DNA of 64,000 nucleotides from contig BFEA01000047.1 of assembly GCA_003427395.1 (NCBI GenBank), positions 493,289 to 557,288 on the forward strand, read 5' to 3'. The notes below the pieces were generated by a model. That model saw only the letters and a list, made by a program, of their open reading frames with translations. It was not told where the DNA came from and made no database searches. This document shows positions 35,359 through 48,363 of the stretch, one piece after another (positions within the stretch are counted from its first letter, which is position 1; every line of letters begins with the position of its first letter). The DNA comes from Chara braunii. Its lineage: Eukaryota; Plantae; Charophyceae. A program made the position numbers and the translations under genes.

Positions 35359-38300
35359 AGCGGGGGGTAAAATCGGACAGATCCGGAAAAGGAGCAAGAC
35401 GGAAATAAGGTCAGGATCATAGAGGGTTGGGTATGGCAGAACGGGGGAGTATGGAGATGAAGTGGAGCAGCGGAACGGGGTCCATGTAGGGTCAAGAGGG
35501 CGATGTGGCTCTCTCTCTTCCATTGGTGTATATGTTTGCTCCATCTTTTGCCTTGGCGAATCAAGTCTCGTTCGCCGGATTGGATGATGGATTCATTTAT
35601 CTCATGCATGCTCCGAACTGGCTGTTTTCAGTGAATGTCAAATTCGTGTGCAAGTGCCTGCATTGCAGAAATCACACGCGCAAAACTAAAACACCATCAC
35701 TCGCATATGTGCTGCCTCCTTGGTCACCTCGACAGAAAGCTTAGTAGCAGGCGTGTTTGGTCGCTTTCTTCGTTCACGAGGGGCTTCCTTGATAACAACC
35801 ACTTGTGTTTCAATTTCTTCAGGTCTGTGTTTCGTACGGTTCGGACGATTAGGAGAGTTGTCCTTCAGGTCTATTTCCCTTTCCTGTCCATTTAATTAAA
35901 CCTTGCGAAGTCCTCTTCTTCCTGCCAACCTTCCATTCTGAGATTCTTTCCCCTCCCACTCTCTTTCTTCGTCCACTATATCGGCGTGCGTCTTTACAGT
36001 TTCGGACTTCCAGTCTAAAGTGGAAGTGGCTTCCTTTGTGAACCCTGCCAGAGAAATCAAGAGAACACCACTGTTTCATGGCAGTAGCCCTTCTCCACCT
36101 TCGCGGATGACGAGTTGAGAGGTGCAACCAGGTATGTTTCGGTGTTACAGGGCGATCCCGAACACTGTTTCTCCAAATTGTCACCACCCCTAGACGCAGT
36201 TTCCATCATTGTTCAAAACACGTCGATGATTTCGATCGATAGGGTACGTACGAGACGTGGCCAGCAGTGAAAGCTTCTCTTTTGGAGAGGCAATAGAAAA
36301 CAGTTCCGTACTTGGTGCTCTCGCCGGTTCGAGGATAATACCTCGAGGCCATGGCCTTTTCGAAAAGAAAGCGAAAAAAAAAAAAAAACGATCCACCTTA
36401 CGAACTCCACTGTAAGTGGACAAAATGCAGCCTTACGAACTCCACTGTAAGTGGACAAAATACAGTGCAGTGTTTCGGGCCAAATTGCAATTATATAAAT
36501 CGAATTTACGAAGACAACGGTTAGACCTCACAGACGTTTATGGAATGACAGTCCATACAACAGACACCGGAGTACATAGTCGTTAAAAAGAATTGGAATG
36601 TAAAGAACATTGGAGTATTTATTCCTCGTTTATTCATTGTATTTACTAGTTCGCATGTACATCCAGCCCTGTTCAAACCGCCAGTACACGGCCCCATCCC
36701 CGCAGAAAACGGCGAACTGCCGACTCCGGGCTTTTCGGGGCTAGGGGCTTCACGAGCACAATGGCTAGCGGTTCGAAAAAACTCAGCGCGCAGTGCAGCC
36801 CCCAGCCCAGGAAAGACGATGTCGAGCGGTTCGGAAAAGCTTGGCGTGCAGTGCAGCCCCGAAATCACGGCCGCGTTACTAGAGGCAGCATCAATCCCAT
36901 ATATGCTGCCTCTTTCTTGGTCGGGGCTCGAGCAGCCATTTCCGGGCTTTTCGCGGCTGAGGGCTGCACGAGCACAATGGCTAGCGGTTTTGAAAAGCTC
37001 GGCGGCAGCCAAGAAAGAAGGGAGTGCGCCGCCAGCAGTTAGGATAAGTTTGTGCAGCGCCTCCACGCCCGAGTGTATTGTTGGTTCGATACGCATCGGT
37101 CAATTCATCGTTGAAAATTATCGACTTCCATGGTGTGACCAAATTAATCGACTCCAAGCCTACGCAGAACCATACCACAGCTGCAGGTAGTACACAAGCT
37201 GCTTTCACCATCTTTCGCTGGCACGATTCCTTTCTTTTGGTAAAGGGCGACGGTCTTAAGATATAATCATTGAGCTGATCGACCCCGGGGTAATTCGGAA
37301 TTGGTGGCATCTCATTCCTGATTGGGCATGTACTTCTACAGTCCGAGGGTATATACCAAACTCAGATAGCCCCGCCGATACCACAATTCCTTTTCCCTGA
37401 GCTGCTGCCCCAGGATTATTTCCCTTCCTCGATACTTTTTTCCCCTGAGCTGCCGCATTGGCTAACACGAACTATTACAGAACACATAGGACAAAAAGGC
37501 ATATCACAAAAACAAACACGCGAGTTTCCATGATGATCACTTCAGCTACTGGCCATCACAGAACATAAATCCATAAAAGTAAACGGTACTGATTGTCAGT
37601 ACAATCCAAAGCCACGTGCACTCACACAGCCAGGTCAGCAACAACGCCACAACACGGCCACACTCTCATCATAAATACCTCTATTTCTCTTTTTTGTGAC
37701 ACTTCGACACACAACAACAAATTAACACAGCGCTGAACTTGAGAGTGCACTCCGGTAATACAAGGGCAAGTCCGAGTTCATGAAAAGACACCACCGACAG
37801 GTAGCAGTGAAGCTCGCAAAGCACTACGACACTGGCAGGGGAGTTCCGAAAACGTTTTTCGAGGGACGAGCAGAAAGTACTGATGTAAAGAGTAAAAGAT
37901 CATCCGTAAGCGTCAGAAGGACGAAGCTAACGCCTGCACGTCCACACGCAAACGGTACACTGGAGCATCTTCACATCTGCATGGACTGAGACTGAGTTTC
38001 GTCATTCCCAACCGGGCCTGACACTCCTCAAAATTTCATTAGGGCCAAACGATTACAGCTTTCTTTGAGCACATGTTCCCTGGCCCACGGCTCAATTGAA
38101 TCGGCACGACTCGAGTCGGACACACATCCCACCGAAAGAACAGAACCAAGGTGAAGAAACCTTCGCACAGAGACAGAGAGAGAAAGAGGCTAGCGACAGG
38201 AACTCGACACAACTTCCGTATGAGGCACGCGCGCAATGTACAACTGGCCAACTTCAATCGAGGGGCAAAACGAGTATATTCCGATTCAATTCGAATTGGA

Positions 38301-38532
38301 TCCGTATTTTCCAAAACACGTAGACGTCAATAGATTACTCAGGCCGCGAAAGCGCTCAAAACACCATAAGACGTCGTTGGACTAGTCCCCCGTTCGGCCG
38401 CTCGAGGATTACCCACCAAGAACTCGGTGAGCCCCCCTCCGACGCATAACACCTACCCCCCCCCCCTCCTCCCATTTATCAACTTCCCGCAGTGGCCGCA
38501 TCTTGAACCCTCCGCAAACGTCTCGTCCTACT

Positions 38533-38659
38533 CTAGTCCCCCTTTCTGCGAAATGAGCATCCCTCTGTCAATCGAGCCCTCCCTCCAGTCGGCTGGCAAA
38601 GGACCGCAGAGCAGCTCCCGCAGAGCACAACAGTCTGAGAGTGACTGAAGACGGTGGTG
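38533..38659 (-). CDS. RPS27: RPS27 last coding exon
   Basis: tgcag|C ACC ACC GTC TTC...AAG GGG GAC TAG. Confidence 0.97.
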
Positions 38660-39732
38660 CTGCACACGAGATACATTAAGCACAAAAGGACAACCAAGCT
38701 GTCAGCCAAGAAATAATGTTCTGCTAAACCAACTCAAAAAGAACGGGGCAATCATGATGTGCGATTAACCGCAACAACAATTCAAACAACAATTAGTACC
38801 TGCTAAAACCTGCCATGCACACAGCTTCGAGCACGTCAATGAATGGTCACACAGCTTCCACGTTGGCCTACGTCGGAGTCACCATCAACTGCATGCACGC
38901 AGCGAGGGCAATCACAGGCGCAGAAAGCAGTGCTAACAGCGTTCCCGCCAAAAAAAAAGCCAGGTCGGCACGCCTCTAGCACAACCAGGCAAACACCACA
39001 CACCCAAGATTAACGGAACGAAACAGGCCTTCCGTTAAAACATGAAGGACATAGAGAAGACATAGGCATGCAGCCTGCGAAAGGATCATGAAAGAATTAA
39101 AAAAGAATTAGACAAAGCCGGCCCGGGGATGGGGGGGGGGGGAATAACGAGCAAATGGGAGACAGAGATCGTCGACTCTCCCCTTCTATTTTTCCCAGAT
39201 CAGGAGCGCACATCTTGGACGCGGGGATCAAGAGCGTTGAAACAGATCCCCCCTCACAGCGCTCCACTTCACGCCCTGTCTATATACGTTCTTCTATGTT
39301 CACAGACGCAGAAGTTACGTACACCGTCGCCTGCGAAAGCTATTTATGTCCGAAGAAAGGGATGAAAAAAGAGAGACGGTGAAGGAATAAGAACCCATGA
39401 AGGCAGATAAAGCAAAGGAAAAGGCCTGCAACTTAGTCGCGGAAGACAACGGAGACGAGTTTTAGCGCAGCTGGCTTGTTTCCATGGTTCAACGCCGTAT
39501 CAGGAAATCACTCTCCTCGACGACGAAACCCTAGCGCTGCAAGAATGCAGGTCCGAAACTCCGGACACGCGTGAGTGCGTTGGAGAAAACGTGCGAGGAA
39601 AACACCATCCATACGTATAGTTGCGGGTTTGCAAATCCTGAGACGCCCAAGTTGAGAAAAGGGGTGAAGAACAGCGGTGCACAAGGCGTGGCTAGATTCT
39701 ACTGACTACTCAAAGAGCTAATTCACACCCGG

Positions 39733-39772
<40 letters not shown>

Positions 39773-42700
39773 GCGCGAGCGCGCAATAGTAAGAGTTTGA
39801 TGCATTGGCTCGTACGGCATTGCACACAAGTGCCGTCCACATGCGCGTCTGAGAGAGGTTCGACGGCTCATCGTGACGCAAAGATGTCCACGGAGAAAGG
39901 CTCTGTGCCTCGTTACACACGGACGAAGATCAGCACACTTCCGGCATCGAATACCGATTCGCCACGTCCAACGAGGTCGGTGATACTTCACAAAAAGATC
40001 GAACGTGAGCCGAAAGCTCCCTACCCTACTCCCTGCTTCGCACCCACCTTCCTGGGAAAAGGCGGTAATTTCAAGGATTGTCCTGATACGCTCGGGGATG
40101 AGGGAATGAAACTACAGATAACAAACAGTACATGACTTCTGGCAGAAGGTACCGAACATCGAGTACCCCTACTGGACAATAAACTCTCGAGTATCATCGA
40201 AGACGCATCAACAACGGTTCGTGATATTTGTCCCTCTCCGATTTATCTTCCCGTGTTCAATTCCCTATCTCCCTCCGCTGTACTCGTGATTTGCTGGGGA
40301 AAGGGTTTCTTTACATTACAAGAAGCTTATTCGATGAAGGCTCTGCGCAGTGAGAACCTTGCAAGAAAAACATTAATGCGATGCTCTTCGAAATACATAC
40401 CTTATTTCCATGCAGGACGTCATAATTTATTCTTATTCGAGATCATATAAAAAACAATAACTACTCTCTCTGCGCAGCCATGCACGCAGGAAGTGAGCTT
40501 CGCACTCAACGAATGCAATACCAAGCAACAGACTCGAATTCCCCGTTTCTAATCACAACACATAGCAGCTTCCCTTCGGCAGAGAGATGCTGCAGTTAAC
40601 GACAGTACAGGTCAGTAAGGGCCTCGCTCCACCACTCAGGACATCCAGAAAACGACAAAAATCATGGCGTTGTATCTTTCCATGTTCTACCAAAAGATAC
40701 TCTCGTTTTGCCCATGTCGAGAGTAGTGGAGAGAAGCACTAGATCATCACATCTTCCACATTGCGTGGGCTGCGTTCACGAGGTCGCTCATCAACTTTCT
40801 TTAACATCACGCTGGGCCGCACATCAGATAGAAAGGACTCCAAACCAAAACGAAGGGGACCACAATGTAATAAACGGACCGACTCATCAAACCACACATC
40901 AAAACTAAACACCACTTGAGTACTCACATGTTGAAGCAGCCCTGGCATTTGACATCCATGAAGAAACTGTTAGGGCTTTGCACAAGCCTCTTCAACTTGT
41001 GCTTCTTCTTTTCCGACTCCGCGGGCGGATGCAGCAGATCGATATCGTTGGAGAGCACCTGATACACGCAACAATCACGAACATTTCCAGTACGTTAGAC
41101 ATTTCCCGGAAACATTAATGTATTTCTGAATACGAGCGAAAACCAGTGAGCTATACTTACCAGACAGATACTACCTCTCACGTTTCCGATTCACACAAAT
41201 AAGCACCATGCTTCCAAATGTACGTTCAACACCTAACACTACACAATAAATAATTTAGAGCGACATGCAGCTTGATTCATGCCCGAAGACAACCACCTCT
41301 GCAGATCCACAAGTATTATATCCGTCCTTCGGACCAACGTGAGTCATCTAGCCAAGCTTCCCTTCATACCGTGTGACAAAGATTCTCGACCCACCCAAGA
41401 ACACGGCTATCAATCAATTTCCGTCGTACCCATCGAAGAAGCTTCCCTCAACCGTTTCGCAAACCAAGAACGCAGCTCTCGATCACAATAATTTAAATAT
41501 TCAATTACGTTGCCGACAGTAAGAGCTCGCTGACGATGACCGTATCCAATCCACACTGCTCAACTCTTAAGAGAAGAAAGAGAGCATCATGACAAACCTA
41601 AGGACCTAGCCTAATGATAAGAGAACTTGGAAAATACTCGGCCTCCATTGCGTGAACATCACAGAAAAGACTGCGCAGTAGCCAGATGCCGCCTGCCATT
41701 TATCACGCATGATAAACACAGACCCCTCCGAAGGAGAGTTACGTGATTTTTTTCTGACACTCTGGGAGATGATTCGCGAAGGCATTCCAGAAATTTGGAC
41801 GGATTGAAACTGATCACTCCGTCCGCAACTTCATCGCCTCGATGATACATTTTCTTCACAAACGTGGGTTGCCCGACACCCCATTTTGGGTGCCTTAATC
41901 ATTTTTCAGATGACGCGAAGAAAATCCAGGACTAAAGATACGTGGAGTTAACGCCCTTTCCCGATTACAGGTGAGATTGTCAGTGAAGGAGCAAGGAAGA
42001 AGTGCTCAGGCCCCATGCCGTCAGGGATAGAATTCGCCAAAAGAAAACGATGAATGAAGGCTTTGACCTACATGCCACTAAGAAAGAGCTCATCTTCCCA
42101 ATCCGCTCCCATCCATGACTTCCCCCGCCCCACACGCCACGTGAACTGCGTTCCCTTATATCGCTGAGTACCCTGCAAAGGCGCGAATGGCAGAGAAATG
42201 AAATCCACAAACTACGACACACCCCTACTTTCACGGAGTCCCGTAAATTCACTATCCCAAACAAAGCAAAACCCTATCACTATTGCACTGGGCGCACAAA
42301 GGGGACAACCCGTTTCAACATCCCGGAGAGGAAAACCCTAATAGACACTCGATATTCAGTTTAGAACAGGGATACATCTGGCGGCGCACCAACTGTTCAC
42401 GATAACCGAGCCATGAGACTTTTCACATATTGTATTGCTCCAGCGTATATCACTCCGCTCCTCAGAGAAACACAGCCAGGTTCACTACTACCCATCCTCA
42501 CATTACAACGGACAAAGCCTCGCAGCCTACAGCCCGTAATTTTCGTCGACCCGTACAGAGACCTCGGCCAAGTGGCAAAATGCTATACAACTTTACGAGA
42601 GCAATTGCCACGCGCACGAGCGCATCTTGAATCACCATAGACGAGGTCCGACTAACAATTCAAAAGTCAGTCAGCCCGATTAGACGAACGTCCCTCCTAG

Positions 42701-44200
42701 AGATGTCATCCGCCAATTCCAGGGAAAGCGTCCAAGGAAGATAACCGCATTTCACCACAGAAGAATCTGCTGTGCACAGTTCCAGTTGACGTCACCATCG
42801 ATGGGATAGGGCCACACCTAAGATATCGCTTCGAATTCTCCTCGCCCGTTCGGAAGACAAATTTCTAAAATTCCTCGATGCGGTCCTACAAACCCTGAAT
42901 TATGATAATCTCTTCTCGACAAGGCGAGAATCACTCGTTAACGCCTTTCACGACTTGCTGAAAGGCGTGTCACCTAATCCTCGCTACAACAGCCATAATC
43001 CAGGCATCGTGCTGATTGCTGATATCGGCCTCTTTTTTCGATGTGATGCCATTATCCCACGAAATCGGCGAGACCTCGTTACCATCCAAATACTCATTGG
43101 GGCGTGACAAGGCGTGGTCAGCGAACATGCTTCACAGCCCAATAGACAACCATTAGCGGCGAAGTCACAACTCCACGAAACGAACGCCACACACGACGAT
43201 CGCCCATTCACTTCAACAATGGCAACGACAACCCATCTCCTATCCATAAGCACGACGCCTGAGAGATAGAACTCCCTCCGCAATCTGCCTACACCTCTTC
43301 GATTACCGGCCACCACATACCTCACACAATACAATCTTCCAAGGATACGCAAGTGCAGAACTAACACAGAATTCACACGGGTCTTCAAAGACCTGGATAA
43401 CCGTAATACATCGAAGCTATCATACCGGACGAGACCGAAACGGCAGTGCAAACAACACGCAGTATTGCTACCCCGAGTCCTTAACAGTACACAGCGACGA
43501 GCAAGGGGCTGCATAACCCGATCTACATCGGAGCACAGCAAAACAGCCCGCAACCTCCTGTCGCTCATTGAGCTGTATACCCTGTTAGTAAGATCATTAC
43601 CACTGCTGCTATCCCACTACGACAGCATGCTCCAAAGACCGCACAATTGTTTATCATGTATACTTCTCAGCCCACCACCTTAGAACTATACCTTAAACAT
43701 CGACTTCCACCGCTACATCGAGTTGTATTCTGCATGAGCACTGCCACACCCCAACGTTCATACCACACTCCCTTCCACTCCCGGGCCTTCAAGATACCTG
43801 CATATCCTGCTCAGATGATGTCACGTCACAATCGCCCACCTATCAGCATCGACCAACACGGACTATGCTTCTCGCCTCCACAGCGCCTCGTGTAAGCAGC
43901 TACCTAGCGTTTCTCCTTCAACCGCTCCACTCGCCATCTCATGGCCGAATCGAAGTGGAGCCCTTCCACACATCATTCGCTCTTATATCCGTTCCTTCGA
44001 TCTCTCTTCCAATCCCACCATGCCGCTTGATTTTGACACCGAGAGCATTCATCCCACATAACACCCGCAATTCGCCCTTTCCTCGACGCTCACCAGCTCA
44101 ATACACAACCGTAATCAGACTCAAAGGCTAACCTGCGCAAAAATAACTACTGATGAAACACGTTGCAGAGAGACAGGGAGGCAGAAACGAAACTCACCAT
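38533..44200 (-). CDS. RPS27: 40S ribosomal protein S27 (eS27), 86 aa, join(44198-44200, 40928-41058, 38533-38659)
   Basis: Spliced translation [86 protein letters not shown]. Canonical GT-AG introns of 3139 and 2268 nt; C2-C2 zinc ribbon intact. Confidence 0.97.
40928..41058 (-). CDS. RPS27: RPS27 second coding exon
   Basis: tcag|GTG CTC TCC AAC GAT...TTC AAC AT|gtgagt. Confidence 0.97.
44198..44200 (-). CDS. RPS27: RPS27 first coding exon (ATG only)
   Basis: gccATG|gtgagt, in a good Kozak context and downstream of a TATA box; an ATG-only first exon is typical of ribosomal protein genes. Confidence 0.75.
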
Positions 44201-44299
44201 GGCTGAAGCTTGCTGAACAGACGCAACGACGAGGCAAACAGCGCTCACACCACTACCCGCGCTCACGCAACACGAGTTCACAGCCGACTCACAGCCGAC

Positions 44300-44400
44300 C
44301 CACGAAGGCCCATCACCTCGGCGTTCAGTTGTATATAATTTACCGCCGGGGGTAATCAGATCGCCAGGTCTGCTGGCACTCCCATTCCGGCCCAGTGGAG
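44300..44400 (-). promoter_or_regulatory. RPS27 core promoter (TATA box ~44331-44340, site II TGGGCC motifs)
   Basis: The minus strand reads aaattatataca about 135 nt upstream of the ATG; ggccca on the plus strand at ~44307 and ~44389. Confidence 0.55.
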
Positions 44401-44859
44401 CCGCGCGAGCTTGACCTTGCCCATGAGCCTGCCGAAAACGGGGGGACACTGCCAGAGAATTGCGATTCTTACCGAAACCCCGATCTCAATTCGCTCCGGC
44501 CCTTGGGGGACACTCTACCGGGGCAAGGTCCCACTTGCACGGATTAGGAGATTTCGGCCGTTGATCTCGGCTATCTACGGTCTCTATCTCTTAATTCGTG
44601 CTAGTGGGACCTAGCCCCCGGTAGCAGCTCAGTTTCCCCGCACGGCATATGGTTCACCGGCGGAAGGGACAGCGGCTAACGTGGGCTAACGGTGGTGGGA
44701 AGTCGCGGAGAAGAGGGGGACAACAGCCGGAGCAAGAGCACGCCGCGAGCAGAACAATGGCAGCAAACAGGTTGAGGGGTCTGATCCCCTACTCTCAGAG
44801 AAAACCCCTTCTTTTTCGGATATACATGAGGACAACCAAAAAAAGAAATCCACATCCAG

Positions 44860-44930
44860 CGTCCTAGCTCCGTTGGTAAGGCAGGCAAGTGGCATTCAGG
44901 AGGTCTTGGGTTCAATCCTCATTGGCCTCA
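44860..44930 (+). pseudogene. tRNA(Ala)-like / SINE-head sequence
   Basis: tagctccgttggtaa (A box) ... gggttcaatcc (B box); the acceptor stem does not pair. Confidence 0.6.
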
Positions 44931-45117
44931 TGCACTTTCCTGGGTAAGTGGTCCAACTGTGGACTGTGGACTTGAACCTGTGATGGGTTGTTTTTTAATA
45001 GTGGTAGCCGTCATCGTTTTTCTCAATATTCGAAGTTTCTAGTAGTTCTTTTTTTTTTTCTTTTCTTTTTTTCTTTTTTCTATATCATGGATGTCCACAG
45101 TGCGATTTCTACCGACA

Positions 45118-45165
45118 GACCCCTGAAGAGGCTGGGCTTGGTGACCAGCCGAAACCGGTCGGGTC
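45118..45165 (+). ncRNA. Minimal type I hammerhead ribozyme
   Basis: gaccc-CTGAAGA-ggctgg(gcttggtga)ccagcc-GAAA-ccgGTC-gggtc. All core nucleotides are present and stem III is palindromic (accggt). Predicted cleavage after 45160. Confidence 0.9.
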
Positions 45166-45796
45166 ATGCGCCAACCGGATCTTGTGTCCGTGCATTGTAC
45201 TTCCCGTTAACTTTTACGTCACGTTCGGGTTTTCGTACTTGGACTACCTTTTCTCTTCTCTCTCCTCTCTCTTCTTCTCTTTTCTCTCTCTCTCTCTCTC
45301 TCCCTCTCTTTTTCAAAGGTGATTTCAGTGTGTCTGCAGCTCTGCAGGATACATGTATGGTTTTGGATGTGTCCCCATCGTTTGCTTGTTGACTTCTCCA
45401 CGTATTGAGTTTGTCTGTATTGACAACTTGATTGCCTTCAGGGAACCCCCAATGGGGAACACCGGCCAGGAGACAGAGGGACCGAGCATCACCAGGGTGG
45501 CGTTAATTACCTTCAGGGAACCCCCCACCGGACAACGATGGCAGAGGGACCGAGCATCATCTGAGTGGCCGGTCGCTGTGCCTCCCTGACTTCCCCTCAC
45601 CAGGGTGGCCTTGATTGCCTTCAGGGAACCCCCACCGGACAGCGGTGGCAGAGGGACCGAGCATTATCTGAGTGGCCAGTCGCTGTGCCTCCCCGACTAC
45701 CCCTCCCCCTATGAACATCAGGCTTTTTAATGCCAATTGGGGGGAGCAAGGGACTCTCTATAGGTGGCGAGTGCCAAGCATGCCCAGGAAGGTACA

Positions 45797-45868
45797 TGAG
45801 GCCAATGGGGATTGAACCCAAAACCTCCTGAATGCCACTTGTATGCCTTACCAACTGAGCTAGGTCGC
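45797..45868 (-). pseudogene. tRNA(Ala)-like / SINE-head sequence (second copy)
   Basis: Minus strand tagctcagttggtaaggc...gggttcaatcccc. Confidence 0.6.
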
Positions 45869-46383
45869 TGGATGTGGATTTCTTTTTTTGGTTGTCCTCA
45901 ATGAGGATCATGAATATCCGAAAAAGAAGGGGATTTTTTTTTATGGTTGTCCTCATATCCGAAAAAGAAGGGGTTTTCGCTGAGAGTAGCGGGCATCATC
46001 TGCCATGTGCCTTCCCAACTACCCCTCCCCCTATGAACATCAGGCTTTTTAATGCTAATTGGGGGGAGCAAGGGAATCTCTAGAGGTGGCGAGTGCCAAG
46101 CATGCCCAGAGTGCCAACTTAAACGTCACAAGATCAAACCTACCTCCCCCAAAAAACTTAGGCTCACAACCAACTTTCCATCCAAACCGGTACTGTAACA
46201 CTACATACGTCACATGTTCAAATCCTACAATACTCATTCCTCAACAATCTATGCAACTTCGATCCCACCAATGATCAACAACTAAACGTACCAACTACAA
46301 AAAATCCACAAGACAGGAAAAAGAAAGAAATACAAGAACAAAAACAGAATTAAAAAAGCACCAGAATAGCACCGCTCAGTCAG

Positions 46384-47760
46384 TTACCTACCACTAGTAC
46401 TACACTTATGATCTCGCCGAGTCAACACATCCACCCAATATTTCCACAAACCACCAAACTTTCGAGAAAAATTAGCCAAAGATTGATCAAAATACTCGTC
46501 AGGATATCCACGTCGCCACAACTCAGTTTTGAGGGTGAATAGAAAGGAAAGTTCGGTGTCGGCTACTGATGAAAACCGACTCGCTCTGTGTAAAAAAAAA
46601 ACAATAACAGTCATTTTTTGCTGCTTACATGAATAGGAACAAAAATCTTGTATGCTTTGAAAAATCACTTTTCCACATACCGGTCCTCGTTGGTTCTTAT
46701 GGACTGGCATGCACACAATTTCATTCGTCCCTTCGAATGTTTTTAGGACACAACCAAGGTAGTCCCAGGAGCTCCCGTTGTCAGTCTTCTCAAGAACAAG
46801 ATTCTTATCGTAACATGATTGAAACTTCTTCAAAATACTCAGTGCATGATGAAATGTCGAAGCATCTTTCTTCTTGTATTTGATGAAGACTGATACATCA
46901 TCCACCAATCGACACCCTGCAAATAACGCCCGATCTTTACCCAATGACTTCAAAAAGGTCCACTCACTGTATGTACACAACAAGCATGCCAAAGCCGGAC
47001 TTGTAGATTTTCCCATAGGAATTCCGACATGCTGCTGCAGCAACATATCTGCGGTCATGATAAACGTGTTACTCAACTCGTACTGTACAAATGCAAAAAG
47101 CAACGAAAAATTAAAATGAAGCCACCCAACTTCTTTCTTTCCTTTCACAATTTTCGCCTCCTTTCCTCTAGTCTTAACAGCTACGGCATAAAATCCCTCA
47201 TTCTCCCAATATCCAATTACCCATGCAACAACACGAAGGATAGACGGGTGCGGGGGATTGGTGAACATCTCTTTGATGTCAAACGACGCACCAACCAGGC
47301 CATCCTTCCGACCAACTCGTCCATTGATAAACTGAATCCTGTCCATCAAATCTTCAGTACAATGAAGGTTCAGATTGGAGCTGCTCAGAAGTCTCCATAG
47401 CAAATAATTAATGGATCTTGAAATAAGCTTACCTCCAGCCGCAGAGCATTTTGGGTAGGAGGGACAAATAGGTCTCCATCGACTGGTGTCCTTGTGCTTA
47501 GGAAAGCAGTACGCCCTACCAAACTGCCCATCTTTGTTCCATCGCCCGACCTGATAAAGAGAAGTCTGTCGATAGACCAGTGAAACGTCTTCAAGCACCT
47601 CCGACTCCTCCTTGCGTACTACAGAGAAACCAGTATTATCCAAGAACAAGGACCTCTTCCCCTTCTCGTACACCGTAGGACAACAGCCAAAGGTATCGCC
47701 TAAATTATGATCTAAAGGACACAACACCAAACCTTCCAACTTGTCACAACATTGCAACAC
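46384..47760 (-). CDS. Penelope-like reverse transcriptase (C-terminal part of a disrupted ORF)
   Basis: YCFPKHKDTSRWRPI, SFDIKEMFTN, QHVGIPMGKSTSPALACL, RLVDDV, DYLG. Confidence 0.9.
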   Translation of the reverse strand: MLQCCDKLEGLVLCPLDHNLGDTFGCCPTVYEKGKRSLFLDNTGFSVVRKEESEVLEDVSLVYRQTSLYQVGRWNKDGQFGRAYCFPKHKDTSRWRPICPSYPKCSAAGGKLISRSINYLLWRLLSSSNLNLHCTEDLMDRIQFINGRVGRKDGLVGASFDIKEMFTNPPHPSILRVVAWVIGYWENEGFYAVAVKTRGKEAKIVKGKKEVGWLHFNFSLLFAFVQYELSNTFIMTADMLLQQHVGIPMGKSTSPALACLLCTYSEWTFLKSLGKDRALFAGCRLVDDVSVFIKYKKKDASTFHHALSILKKFQSCYDKNLVLEKTDNGSSWDYLGCVLKTFEGTNEIVCMPVHKNQRGPVCGKVIFQSIQDFCSYSCKQQKMTVIVFFLHRASRFSSVADTELSFLFTLKTELWRRGYPDEYFDQSLANFSRKFGGLWKYWVDVLTRRDHKCSTSGR

Positions 47761-47784
47761 TTCTTCTATACTGCAACCAACGAT

Positions 47785-48363
47785 TCATTCCTTCACCTTC
47801 AACAAGCACGCAGGAAGATGGGAAAACAGATAATCTTGGGAATTACAAGGAGGTAACGAAGAGTCAGCACGAAACGCAGCGAGAATTTCATGCTTAACTG
47901 ATATCAACTGAGAACGATTAGAGGGTCGCACTATGTTCTTGCTATTGTTCATCCATTCAGGAACAAATCCAGTTTTCGAGAAACGGAAGGCTACATGTCC
48001 ATCAATTCGTGGAAAACGGTCATCCATAGAATTACACACACAATTAAACGTTGAACCTCGTGCAACACGCCTAAAGTTGTAAACCAAGTCACCAATAGAC
48101 CGGTTTCGACACCATACAACATGAAGTCGTCTGACCAGCATATCCTTCCACACCTCCGAGATAGGTAAGGACCTGATCAAACTAGCACACAACTGTCGAA
48201 CGCCCACCTTACTCACTGTCTCGTCATACGTCAACCTAACCACAATCTTTTGTCGTACTTGAATACTAAACCAGAATGAAATAGCTCTTGACAGAATACA
48301 TCGCAGTCTGCCCCGAGTTCGCTTCTTCGAAAACGTACGAATAGCAGAAAAAGCTAAAATCAA
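47785..48363 (-). pseudogene. PLE endonuclease-RT linker region
   Basis: Located between the GIY-YIG and RT regions; contains NCVC...IDGHVAFR. Confidence 0.65.

Noticed and set aside
40630-40750. Box C/D snoRNA in RPS27 intron 2
   Set aside because: GTGATGA and CTGA occur on the minus strand, but there is no terminal stem or recognisable rRNA complement.
42984-43568. 194-aa ORF and other ORFs inside RPS27 introns
   Set aside because: No domain similarity, and the composition is typical of intronic sequence.
44860-44930. Functional tRNA genes (also 45797-45868 and 55330-55400)
   Set aside because: A/B boxes are present but the acceptor and anticodon stems do not pair.
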